The position numbers and the translations under genes are program-made. 64,000 nt of DNA from Anthoceros angustus (taxonomy: Eukaryota > Plantae > Anthocerotophyta): the NCBI GenBank assembly GCA_010909165.1, contig MU008150.1:124001-188000 (forward strand), read 5' to 3'. This document shows positions 10,570 through 21,960 of this stretch, piece after piece (within the stretch, counting starts at the first letter, position 1; each line of letters begins with the position of its first letter). Below the pieces are notes generated by a model. The model was not told the DNA's origin, searched no databases, and was given only the letters and a program-made list of their open reading frames with translations.

Positions 10570-13550
10570 TGTCTTACCTCAATGCGCAGGGTTCCACGAC
10601 GGTCCTCGGTGCGAACAAAAGGCATGGGATCTTCCGGCTATCGGGCGTATCCGTCGACCCCCATTGTGTGGCATGCCACGATAATCGGTCACATGCTTCC
10701 AGTTTGGAATACTCCCTCTTCGTTCGATTGAAGTCCATGTAACATATGAAATGCTCCGATCTGTACAATGAGTGGCGACCCACAAAAAGTTGTGTTGATC
10801 CAACTCCACAGGAGGATGCTCAATGTCCCAACTGCAAAGCGAGCCTCAGCATGTTCCAATGCCGCTTTGTGGCGTCCACAGCACATGTAACGCCGGTCCC
10901 ATTCCGCCCAACCGCCTCACTTCTTCCAACTCCACTTCTCCGATTGCGGAACATCCATCGCTATCATTCCCTCCACTGCGACCATAGGGTGCCATCCAAC
11001 TGCTTTCCTCCACTTTCGCAGCGGTGATTGCGAAAAGGCGTCCTTCTCATAAAACTCCCACGAAGCCTCCATTGACTTCTCACGAGCATGGTCACGGTGG
11101 CGTTCCTATCTCGATGGCCGAGCGCGATTGCAATCCACGGCTCTTGGTGCATCCTGGCAGCACCAACGTGCCATGCGATTCTTTGGCGCGTTCCGGCATT
11201 CCGTGCCCAGGCGTGCGCATGACGCCGAGGCACCTTGACTCCACCTCCAACCCCGGACCTCAATGGCATGGGCCTGCAATCGATCCTCTCCACGGTAGCG
11301 AAAATGAAATCTTTGTGCATTGCGGACAATGGAACCTCCAATACCATGAGTACCCATTTCCCGGACCGGCCGTGCCACATTTTCCTCCCTGCCATGTACG
11401 CTCGCACATGCGGAGTCGTGGAGTGGATTTGCGGGGACTCTCCCACTCCCACACCGGCTCCACCGTCGCCCGCGAGCCGTCGCTTCCACGGCCTCCTCCG
11501 CGCCCCGCCGTCGCGCATGTGCGGCGTCGTTCGCATTGGCGCCTTCCGGCGAGGCGTTCGGCGGGGGCAGTCGGCAGCGCGCTCGATGACCACCTCGCCA
11601 ATGCAACCTCGGTCGCCGCGCGCGGCGCGTCGGCGCAGCATCATCTTTGCCCGGCCGCCGCACCTCCTCCTCCGTCGCCATGGCTCCTTCCGGCGGGCGA
11701 CCATCCACCTCGCCGCCTCTGGATCGTCGCGTGGCAGCGCGTCCACGCCACGCTCTCGCAGCCGGTACTCGAATGGATCATACCCACGCACACAAGAGTT
11801 GTGAGGCTCAGGGCGAGCCAGCCAAAGCGCATTTTCACCTTTGAGGCCACATAGCCGCGTGCACATCGCTCGTTGTGGGCGGTGTCGCCTCCTTGAGCCG
11901 TACCCAAGCATGGCGTGGGCAATGGAGGCCGCTTTGTGCAATCCACCACCGCAATCAATAGCGAGGTTTGAGAATTCATGGCGACCCGGATGCGACGCCA
12001 GCGCTGCACCTCTGTCTCCACTTGGTGCACCTCCACGAGATCCACGCCCCTCCCAAGGTGGGTCGTGTTGATCACCGCCGCGGCGGTGACTTCCACCTTC
12101 CGTTCGGACGGCTCACGGGTTGTCCATGGCCTCTCCCCCCTCCTCCCTCCTCCGTCGCCATGGCTCCTTCACGGGCGCCGTGCGGCCGCACCTCCTCCTC
12201 CGCCGCCTCCCGTTTGAGCGCACCATCATGGCGGGCATTGAATGGGAATCATAGGTATACTTGCGGCCTCGGGATCGTCAGATCCCCAGCGGGCCGCCGC
12301 CTCCATTCGCCGATCCGCGCATAGCGCTGCAGCATATGCGACATGTTAGTCCACCGTCAAGTGCGTGTGCAATTGCGATGCCATGCGAGGCCACATCGAT
12401 CTCGGTTTCCACCGTGCATTTTCAGCAAACATTGAATGTGCAATCGGCGCGCACACCTTACAACGATCCGCTTGGCGGTTGCACCCTCTTGGTGGCCTGC
12501 GAACCCGCGGCCCTCGCCCTTACTTGCGTTGGCGTTCACCATCGGCTGTGCACCATCACGCCATTCCATTCGCAACCCATTACAATTTTGTGCCTTCACG
12601 GCGCGGTTACCTTCCACCGCCCACACTCGCATCCTGCCAAGTACTCGAACATGGTTCTCCGTCGGTTGATATCACGGAACAACGCTCCGTCTTCTCATTC
12701 CATTCCATTTCTCCATACGCCGCGAAATCAACCAATTCATAATACCTCATAATACCTCTCCACCGGTCGGTGGCACTTTCGATCGTGGGAAAACCAAATC
12801 CGGTCGTCAGCAGTTTACGGCTCTCCTTTCCGGTACCTCTTCCATCCCGCGGCGGCGCCGAACACTTGGTGCATGAAAATGTGGCACTCCACGGTCGGTA
12901 GCACTCTCGCGATAATTTGTCCACCGCCACTCCATCCGGTCATCCCTCGCGGTGCGGTCGTCAGACGGCAAGTTTCTGGATAGCCCTCTATGCGCGGACG
13001 GCTTTGATGGTCCTCCACAAATGCCAAGAACTCGGACAGCTCCAGTGGTTGATGGGAACCATAGGCCACGCGAGAATGTACTCGCGCGAGCTTTGCATCT
13101 CCCATTCCTCCCGGGCCCGCGCGCCCCGCGCTGCTGCCGGGACACGCAAACATGCGCATCCGCACCGTGATTTGCGGTCATCTGACATGGGCTCCGCTAC
13201 CTACTCTGCTGGCCACCTTCCACTCTTCAAGCGCAACGCCGCCAGAACACACCACCCACGGGCGCGCCTCGCTCGCCGCGCCCGGCGATCTTGTGTTCCT
13301 CATCCTCCTCCACGGCACGGGCGGGCGCGTTGCGCCTCCACCACCCACCCGGCGCGCCTTCCTTGCACGTAAATGTCGCACCCGTTTCCCTTCCGACCAC
13401 CGCGGCAACCGTCCCTTGTCCCTTCTCCGCAGGTTGCGGCGATCATGGCGGTGGACCGACGTCTGCTCAAACCCAACCGCACACGCGGTATCGCCCCCCA
13501 TTTCACTAACCCCTCCTTTGGTGGCGTGGGCGGAGTAGCTCGCTTATGCA
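10570..13550 (-). pseudogene. Degenerate cargo coding region inside the transposon; distal part weakly resembles a USP-type cysteine protease
   Basis: GC-rich coding-like sequence with a diverged internal duplication (KEPWRRRR at ~11680 and ~12160). Cys-rich segment CxxCTFNVCxxC near 12420-12450. Fragments WQGGKC, PALHVLW, PVELDQHNFLWVA, LYRSEHFICY and WKHVTD occur in USP-like order. Confidence 0.35.
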
Positions 13551-13689
13551 AACCCCTTTCACTTTGGGCCGCCACACAACCTCCCAATTTTCATTTCCAA
13601 CCAATCCATCTTCACAGCGTCCGGTGGTGTGGTTTGATATCTTTGCCGGACATACCACCGGAAAATTGAAAATCTATATACAAAAAACG

Positions 13690-14940
13690 AAAATCATAAC
13701 CCAAGGAAAAGGTGCACATGGCATGCACATGGTATGTATGCATGATGCATGGTTGCAATCGGATGCGTGAACATGTCTACCTAGATCTTTGTGTCATCTA
13801 TCGCATCGTCTATCTCCATCGCATGTCTATATGGCATACTATGACACATATATAGGTCATCGCATCTACATAGAAAAACCTAAACACCATAACCCAAGGA
13901 AAAGGTCCACATGACATGCACATGGTATGTATGCATGATGTATGGTTGCATTCGGATGCGTGAACATGTCTACCTAGATCTTTGTGTCATAGCGCAATCC
14001 ATCTATCATCGTCGTATGTATATGCACTATGGCATATAGTCATCGCATCTACATAGAAAAACCTAAACACCATAACCCAAGGAAAAGCGCATGTCGTTGT
14101 TCGGATGCATACATGTCATTTGTTCAAGGCCAAGGACAAGTATGATAATAAATAAACCCAAAGTTTCGACATTGTTGAGGTGGACGTGATTCAACATTCC
14201 TTGCGGCATACGCTACCGAAACATGTCTATATATGTGGCTTCCTTCCCAATCATGTAGAAGTTTGCATGGGCATCCATACTTGACCTGCAGAGGTTCGGT
14301 CAAGTAGACAAGGTCTTGTCTTCTTTCTCTCTTATGTCTTGTGGGATCCGCATTTTCCGGTGGGAGCCTCGGTCCAACCCTTAACGTCGTGTTTCCTTGG
14401 TCTTGACTTTAGCGAACATGTTGTCATACCACTTGCCATATGCCATGTGATTTGGGGGTGCATGTGATGAGGCATGCATTGAATGTATGGCATGCACATG
14501 GTGTGTATGCATGAAGTATGGTTGGCATGTTGTGTATGTGAACATGCCTAGGTAGATGTTGTGTCATGCCACAATGAATCCATGTGCATCGTGATGCATG
14601 TGGCCATAGCGGATATATAGGGTTGCGAACACATATATACGAATACATGAACAACATAACCCAATGAAAAGGCGAGTACGTTGTCTCATACATATCATTT
14701 GTTCAAGGCCAAGGACAAGTAGGTTTTAAATAGACCTATAGTGCCTACCGGGTGAGAGGTGGCGTGATTAACTCTGTTTCCTTGGTCTTGACAATACCGA
14801 TAAACATGTCTATATATGTGGCTTCCTACCCAATTCATTATTCGATTGTAGAAGTTTTATGCATGGAAAGGCATCCATACTTGCCATGCACTGGCTTCTT
14901 TCTCTCTTGACCTTTGGGATCTAGTGGGAGGCGTTAGGCA
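13690..14940 (+). repeat. Internal CATG-rich repeat array A (~185-195 bp units plus a larger ~585 bp duplication)
   Basis: cataacccaa(g/t)gaaaag at 13695, 13888, 14071 and ~14655; tcatttgttcaaggccaaggacaagta at ~14116 and ~14695. Confidence 0.9.
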
Positions 14941-15899
14941 ACCAACTTGATCGGGGCGCCTGTCAAATGCATTGCGATTGCCTTGGTCTTGGACAAGGGA
15001 CCATTGTTCATGTGTTCATATACGAATATGCACCTCCTTCATTATTGTCATTGTCATTCGAGGAGGGCTGCGGAGGCGAGCGCAACGTCATCCTCGTTTG
15101 AGCGCAAGTGCATTGTGTTCTATGGCGGTCGTTCATTGTCAATTGCACATTCAACCTCGTCGATTGCACATTCAACGCAATTGCCTTTTATGCTATGCAT
15201 TTGTAAGGCATTGTATGCATTCGAAATTCTGGCGGTTTAGGCATTTTGGGTTCGGTCGGCATTTTCACTTTGGTTTGTTGGGTGGGGTGGGTTGGTCTTT
15301 GGGTTGGCGGGTTGGGTTGGTGTGGGTTGGGGCGGGGTTGAGCCGGTGGGGCGGTTTGTGGTGGTGGGGCCGGGCCGTAGCGGGGTGGGGCATGCTGGTG
15401 CGGGCTCACCCAGCGGCAGCCTACAGTGCGGGAGGCTGCGGGATGGCGCGGGCGCTGCGGCGGGTCCGTGGAGCGGGCCGGGTAAGGGCGGGGAGGACCA
15501 GTGCTGCTCGGGATGGGGTCAGGATGTGGGAGTGACCAGGACAAATCTCCGAGCCATGAGGCGCAGGAAGGGCCAAGGCAACATGCCATCGAAAATGTGA
15601 AGTGATGATGGGCTGCGTTGGCGCCAATATGGGCCATGCTACAGTTTCATGGCAAGCAATATGGGATGGACTTCATGGGCATTGCGGACCATGGCCCGAA
15701 ATACCTTATAAATGCATAGCCGTGGACTGCGCATGCGCAATATAGACATCGGATGAGAAGGGCATTTGAATAAGCCGGGGCACAATGAATTGCTTCGAGC
15801 GTCGGTATTGGTGTGCGGTCCGACACAAATGCTCGCGGCCTTGATACCGCATCATTTGCCCTATCACACTATTCTGCGGACCATATCGGACCCAATATG

Positions 15900-18800
15900 T
15901 TAGTGCGACACGTTGTGCAGCATCTTCGCGCAGCGGAAGGAACCATGGACCCTCCGCCTCGACATGTTTGGCGGGCGCCCGGCGAAGTCAAGCCACTCGT
16001 CATGTCCTCTGCAACGGAGTAGTGCGGTGGCGGCAACGATGAGGGTGTGGCGTGGCCGCGGCGTGCATGGCACTATGGCGGCGCGTGGCTTGTGGAGAGT
16101 ATTGCGGCCAGCGTAGCGCGCAATCATGTTTGCGGGGCCAAAACTTATCGCGGCCGGCCCCTCGTAACTCAACGATGTACCGCACATGCCGGCGTGCGAA
16201 AGTATGTCGGGCGGGGATACGGAGGATTATGGACAATGATTTCAGCTTTCCGGCTGCAACCCCACCCTTGAACGCAATGCTTGCGGACATCGGTGGCCAT
16301 CGATCTCCTGCACATGCGCGTCTCGTCCCACACTGGCAGGCGCGCCACGCATCGGTGAGGCGTGTGGACATAAGGTCAGCTGCGGATCTTGCACAGGCTC
16401 CATGGCGTCTAGCGGAAGACACGTGAGCATTGCACACACCCGCTCGGGCGGACGAAGATGAAATTGGCACACGGTTCTTGATGAGCACGAAGGAGAAGCG
16501 ATCCGCGGATGGAGGCGGATGGAGCGGCCGTGTCTGCCCTCGGCGGATGGGCGGCCGTGCGCCGCCATCGCGCCGTTCGCGCCCCAGCCGTTCGTCAAGC
16601 GCGCGGCGGGCGACCTTGGCGTGGGCCGGCGTCACGCCCAAGATCGCGACCGGACGGCACTGCGCCGTCGAAGCCGCCATCGGGCGCTCGGAGGTTCAAC
16701 GTGGTGGTCGGCGGCCCTTCCACATATGGCGGGAATGGGTGGGAGGATCGTCTCGCATTCGCGCCACGCGCCACATTGGTGGGAGGAGGCGGCGGAGGAG
16801 AGCGGGCGCCTCCCTGCGGGCGCCGTTGGGACAATCCCATTCACGCTGCGGAATCACGGTGGTATAGGCGCGGAAGAAGCAAAAGAGCGGAGCGCCGTGC
16901 TTGCGAGGCGTTAACCAAAGCTCGGATACAAGTCTGGACAAGGCTTTCCCAAGGTCGACTTGGGAGATGGAGAAGGCGGCGAGTTGTCTTCGTGTCGCTC
17001 GACCTCACGCAGTGGAGCTCTCGGGCATGCGGTGGCGTCGTCTGGCAGCGCCGTTCGGAAGGAGCGTGTGTCGACCATTGTTGATGCGTGCGAGGCTCTA
17101 TTCGACAAGCTGGTGGCGATGCAGGACTTTGTGGTCCATCGCGATTCGTCGCGCACAAGTCCGGTGTATCCGGTGACATTCTGTCAATTTTTCCCAGCGT
17201 CACAGTCTTGGCAGGTGATCAGTATGCATGGGGCGTGGGGCGCAATTTACACCTCTGCTGCGGAGTGCGAGGGAGCGTGCGCCGGAGGTGTATGATTGGG
17301 TTGGGAGGAGGAAGAAGTGGATGTCCCGAGGATGGGAGGGATAGCGGGCGGTGGCGGCGGTGGTGGTGGGCGCTCGGAGGAAGAGTTCAACAACGCCGTC
17401 GGTATCCGGCATCCCACCTTGGAGGCACCGCACATCCCACTGCCGGTCGGGACATGTGGGGAGGCGCACAATTTCCTCTCCCTCAAGGCCAGGCCAGCCT
17501 TGAGTAGAGCTGCTGCGTGGGCGGGCGCCACGTCCGGCCGGGCGGGCGTGCCCGTTGATGGGCGTCTCGCGGCGGGAGGCGGGAGGAGGCTCTCAGCGGC
17601 ATGGCAACGGACCTTCTTAGTTGTGGAAGAGCTCGGCACACACCACCGCAGTGGGAAGGCGAAGGCAGCGTCGGCGGGGCGACCGGAGCCATCGCGAGCT
17701 TCTTTTCTTCATTTTGGGTCACTTGCGAGGCGGAATGGCGGGGCGAAAGCAGATCACGGCTGCGCTTGCAAGGCTGCAACATCTTGGACAGGCGCGAGCG
17801 AACTCGCGGAAGGGCTACTTTGCATCCGGATGGTCAAGGCATGGGCCAGCTGGAAATGTTCGACACGCCACCATCCGAGGGTTCTTCGCCGGCGTCTCCA
17901 GTGCGGGCTGGTGCGCCTTCTCGAGGACATGGACGACTAGACCTTCGCTCCATGACGGCGGAAGAGTTGCGAACAGCGGCACCAACTTGAGGTTCGCGAT
18001 GGATGAGGGCGAGATGCTCACGCCGCGCCCACCGCGGTGGGTCGCTTCGAGCGAGCGGCGAGGAAGGCGGAGAAGAAGCGGCGGCGGCGCATTCCGGCAG
18101 GAAGCGCCGCGATGCCGCCCACTGCGATCGGGTTTGCGATGACCAGAAGGCTCTGTATGCCGTCCGAGCGGAGCGAGGCGGCGATTCGAGGACATCCTAA
18201 CCCTCCGGTGAGTGCGAAGATGCCATTATTGCGGTGCGCCGATGGGGTTGACGCCGGCCTTTGGTGATTGCGGGTTGAGGCGGGCATGGAGTGCCAACTG
18301 CTTCGACAATTTCCGGGCGGGAGGGACCTTTCCACCGTTTAGAGTGCGATCACAGTGCAGGGCAGTGGTGATAGTCCACGAGGTTGGAGCGATGGGCCAG
18401 CGGGCCTCGAGGCGGTGCATCGGTGAGGCTGGAAGCAGTGCGAGTCGCCGTCATTTGTGGGCGTGTTGAGCTAGCGTTCGGCGGTGCTACACATTACCAC
18501 ATCGACAGTGCATCCGACCCCTCTGAGTGACATGGTAAGATATATGGCATGATTGATGCAAAATGTGCGGTCGGCAGATGCCTCCTTGTGCGAGCCATGT
18601 TCTTGAGCTCTACATCACTGGCAAATGGCATTGAGGTGAGTCGTCCCATGACATTTGCCACACTCGCACGCACTAGGGAGCCAAAAGGACGGCGTGCACA
18701 AGTGGAAGGATGCGGGCGCGAGAGGGCGTTGAAGAGGGCTTTTAAAAGGCGGATATGTTGACAAGCCACCTCATGGCCATCCTCCAAGAACGAAGCGCGG

Positions 18801-19400
18801 GGCTCGGCGGGCGAAGAGGAAGCGGCTGCGATTTCATCGGCCGGGTCCGATGGCGAGCAGGCTCCCGGATTTTTCAAGCATGTGGCGACGAAGCCCTCGC
18901 ATGTCTGGGGCGGCGGTGGCGCGCGTCGGAAGAAGGTGCGGGACCCGGCTTTTATTCACCGGTGCACACGCGTTGGCGGGTGGGTGGGAGAGGGTTCGGC
19001 ATGTGGTGCACCTGGACAAGAGGGCCATGTTGGAGTGTCTAGGGAGTGCACGTTTGAGAGTGTCACCAAGTTCTTCGCCACGCATGGATGCAGGCGAGCG
19101 TTCTGGCGGAGTGAGATTCGAGGCTTGCCGCGGTTGAGAGAAATGTTACGTGAAATCGTCGAGAGATGTCATTCGGCGATAGGCGCTGTTCACCTTCATC
19201 ACCGGAGTTTACTTACTTCGGGCGGTGCCAATGGTGGTCGAGCAAGTTCCCCTCCGGGCATTTGGGCGTGCCTCGATCGAGGCGTGCTCGCACTCTCACT
19301 CCGCTCTATGTCTCAAGCTCGTGATGGCCGCGGGTGACGAAGCCATCCGCATGAACTCCGTGTATGGGCAGCGGCCTCGGTCGGACCTGCGTTTCATTAG
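15900..19400 (+). pseudogene. Degenerate cargo gene ending in a HECT-type E3 ubiquitin ligase-like domain
   Basis: LREMLREIVE..ALFTFITG (19183-19206)..SIEAC(19285)S..TL..LYVSS..DEAIRMNSVYG matches the HECT C-lobe pattern W/F-E-I-L..LLxFxTG..PxAHTCxxxLxLPxY..LxxAI..GFG. Upstream AHALAGGW..LDKRAMLECLG and HEVGAMGQ fit N-lobe positions loosely. GTAAG/GTGAG intron donors at ~18535 and ~18636. N-terminal extent uncertain. Confidence 0.6.
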
Positions 19401-20859
19401 AGGCGGCAAGTGGTTTTCGAAGTTGTGTTTGTCCTGGCCCCCGCGAGGGCACTAATGTGAAGAGACTTTGACTGTCCGCACTCACGCTTGGTTTGCGATG
19501 GCGGATCTGGCGAAGCGGTGCACCCACAGCAGAGCGGCCGATTCGGCGTGGTGCTTTCCGTCACCAATTGAGAATGGGCGAAACAAGGTCGGGCGCAATA
19601 ATACGGAAAGTAGGGTTGGCGGTGGCATTTGGGCGGTCGAATGGAGCGGAAGTGCATCCGCGGAGGTTCAATCGGCCGCGGCTGCCCCAACCACATTGGG
19701 GAAATGGAAAGAGGTGCGAGCGGTGAGGTTTGGGCGGAAGGTCTTCCATGTGGGCGTGCACGATGCGCATGGCTGCGGTGGTGCGGCCGAGCAAGGTTGT
19801 TGTCATTGCGACAATCCGAGGTGGACAGCTCAAAGTTCTTGCGACATCGGATCAGAGGCTGGAGACGTGGAAGAAGACAAGCTGGAAGTGTGCGGCGTGG
19901 AAGTGCGGTCGGTGCGGTTCGTCAGGTGCTCCTCGATGATGAGGGCGAGGTTTGGGCCTTGCATTCCACGGTGGTCTTGGGCATGGCGAGGAGTTTGGGC
20001 TGCGTGTGGAAGGCGGGGATGCGGTAGCGATCTGCTGCGGAGGAAGGCGCTTTGGTGCATCATCGGTATGTGAGCCCACTCGCGCGCACCATCCGTCGTT
20101 GTGCGTAGCGCGGTGCCTTATGCGGTGGGAGGAAGGTCCTTGAATCAGGGGCGGGCGGGCGGGCGGAATGGCCTCAAAGGAGGTGCATTTGATTGCGGCG
20201 CGCAATCACCGGAGGAGCGGTGAACTTGCAGTGGCGATGGCGGCAGTGCTGCTCATAATAGCATGATCGCGAGTGGAAGAGTGGTTGTGGAATGGCGGTA
20301 GCGGGGCACTTTTATACTCCTCCATAAGTTTGGTGTTTCGCAAGGGCATCATGATGATTTATAATCGGTCCAAAGCCTAATGAATGAATTTGTTTTAGTG
20401 GTCAGTCCAAAACTTTCGGTGTTTTCGTTTTCATGTCAGTATGTCATGGGCTAGTCCTCGACCTTGGCCCAATGGCGAAAACAACATCGATTGTTTCGTC
20501 ATTCGACATGGCCCAAAGCGAAAACAACTCGATTGTTTTCAATCAGTGAATAAATTTCCCCTTTGGACCATCGGCCAGTCATGAAAGGGAAAATACTCAT
20601 TGGCCTTTGGAGCTTTCACATTGGCAATGAAGAACAAAACTCCTTGGCCTTTGCACCAATATGTCAATCAATGAATGGAAGGAAGACCTTGGCCTTTGGA
20701 CCAAACCGAGAATCACCAAATGAAGCGAAGTACCTATGACCATTACCGCTGTGAGCATTCGCATAGGTGCGCCATTGACACCGACTGACCTCCCACTAGA
20801 CAATGCGGTTCCCAAAGGTGAGAAGAGGGAAAGAGAAAAGAAGGGACGAAGTATGGCTG

Positions 20860-21960
20860 CCTATCCTTTATGACAAACATGTACAATCGAAGAATCATAG
20901 GTTGGGTAGCCCACATATATAAACCAACGGGACTCTCGATGAAGCACCACCGCCGATGGTAGGACTACGGATCTATTTAGAGTCCTACTTCTCCTTGGCC
21001 TTTGAACAAATGATATTTATGCGATTAACAACCTACTAGCCCTTTTCCTTGGTTTATGATTTTCAGGTATTTTCTATATAGGTGCGGTGACCTATATATG
21101 TGTAGTAATCTTGTGCCTTACAAACATCGCGATGCACATAGGTTGATTGTGCCATGACACACATCTAGGTAGACATGTTCACAATACGTGGTCCAAAGGC
21201 CAAGGCCAAGGACGTTTCTTCCTATATATAGGCGGTAGGCGGGGATAGGCAAGTAGCGTGTAGTTGGTAGTCCATGGTTGGGTAGCCCACATATATAGGC
21301 AAGGCTGATGGAGTGCCACCATCGATGGTAGGCGATTAGGTATATTTGTAATCCCACTTGTCCTTGGCCTTGAACAATTGATATTCATGCAAGAAACGTA
21401 CTCGCCCTTTTCCTTGGGTTATGGTGTTTACGTGGTTTGAATATAGATCGGACCTATATATGTGTCATAGTACCACCGCGAACATGCATCACGATGCACA
21501 TAGATGGAAAAGGTGCCCATGAGAGCATCTAGGTATACATGTTCACATACTTCAACCATCCATCCCACATGCATGCATACCATGTGCTTTCCATGTGCAC
21601 ATTTTCCTTGGGTTTTGATTTTTAGGTCTTTCTATATAGATTGGCGTATGTGTGTAGCCAGTCGTGAACATATATCACGATGCACATGCACATGGTATGT
21701 ATGCATGATGCAGTTGACGGTGATGCATGTGACCATGTCTACGTAGATCGTGTCGTGGGCACCTTTTCCTTGGGTTTTGATTTTATGTCTTCTATATCGG
21801 CACGTGACCTTTATATGTGGCATGGTACCCTTCGACATGCATGACGGTGCACATACATGGATTGTGCCATGGCACGACATCTAGGTACAAATGTTCGGAT
21901 GCATCACATGACAACCGCCATCATGCATACATACCATGTGGATGCCATCCATAGGCAATG
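20860..21960 (-). repeat. Internal repeat array B, inverted relative to array A
   Basis: ttttccttgg(g/t)tt at ~21043, 21408, 21602 and 21764; cttgtccttggccttgaacaa at 21357; catctaggtagacatgttcac at 21162. All are reverse complements of array A motifs. Confidence 0.88.

Noticed and set aside
15861-15890. LSHYSADHIG, resembling a metallo-beta-lactamase HxHxDH motif
   Set aside because: The second His is missing, the ORF is short and no other MBL motifs follow.
17938-17980. LDLRSMTAEELR as a SAP domain
   Set aside because: The second helix motif (G.K..LI.RL) is not seen.
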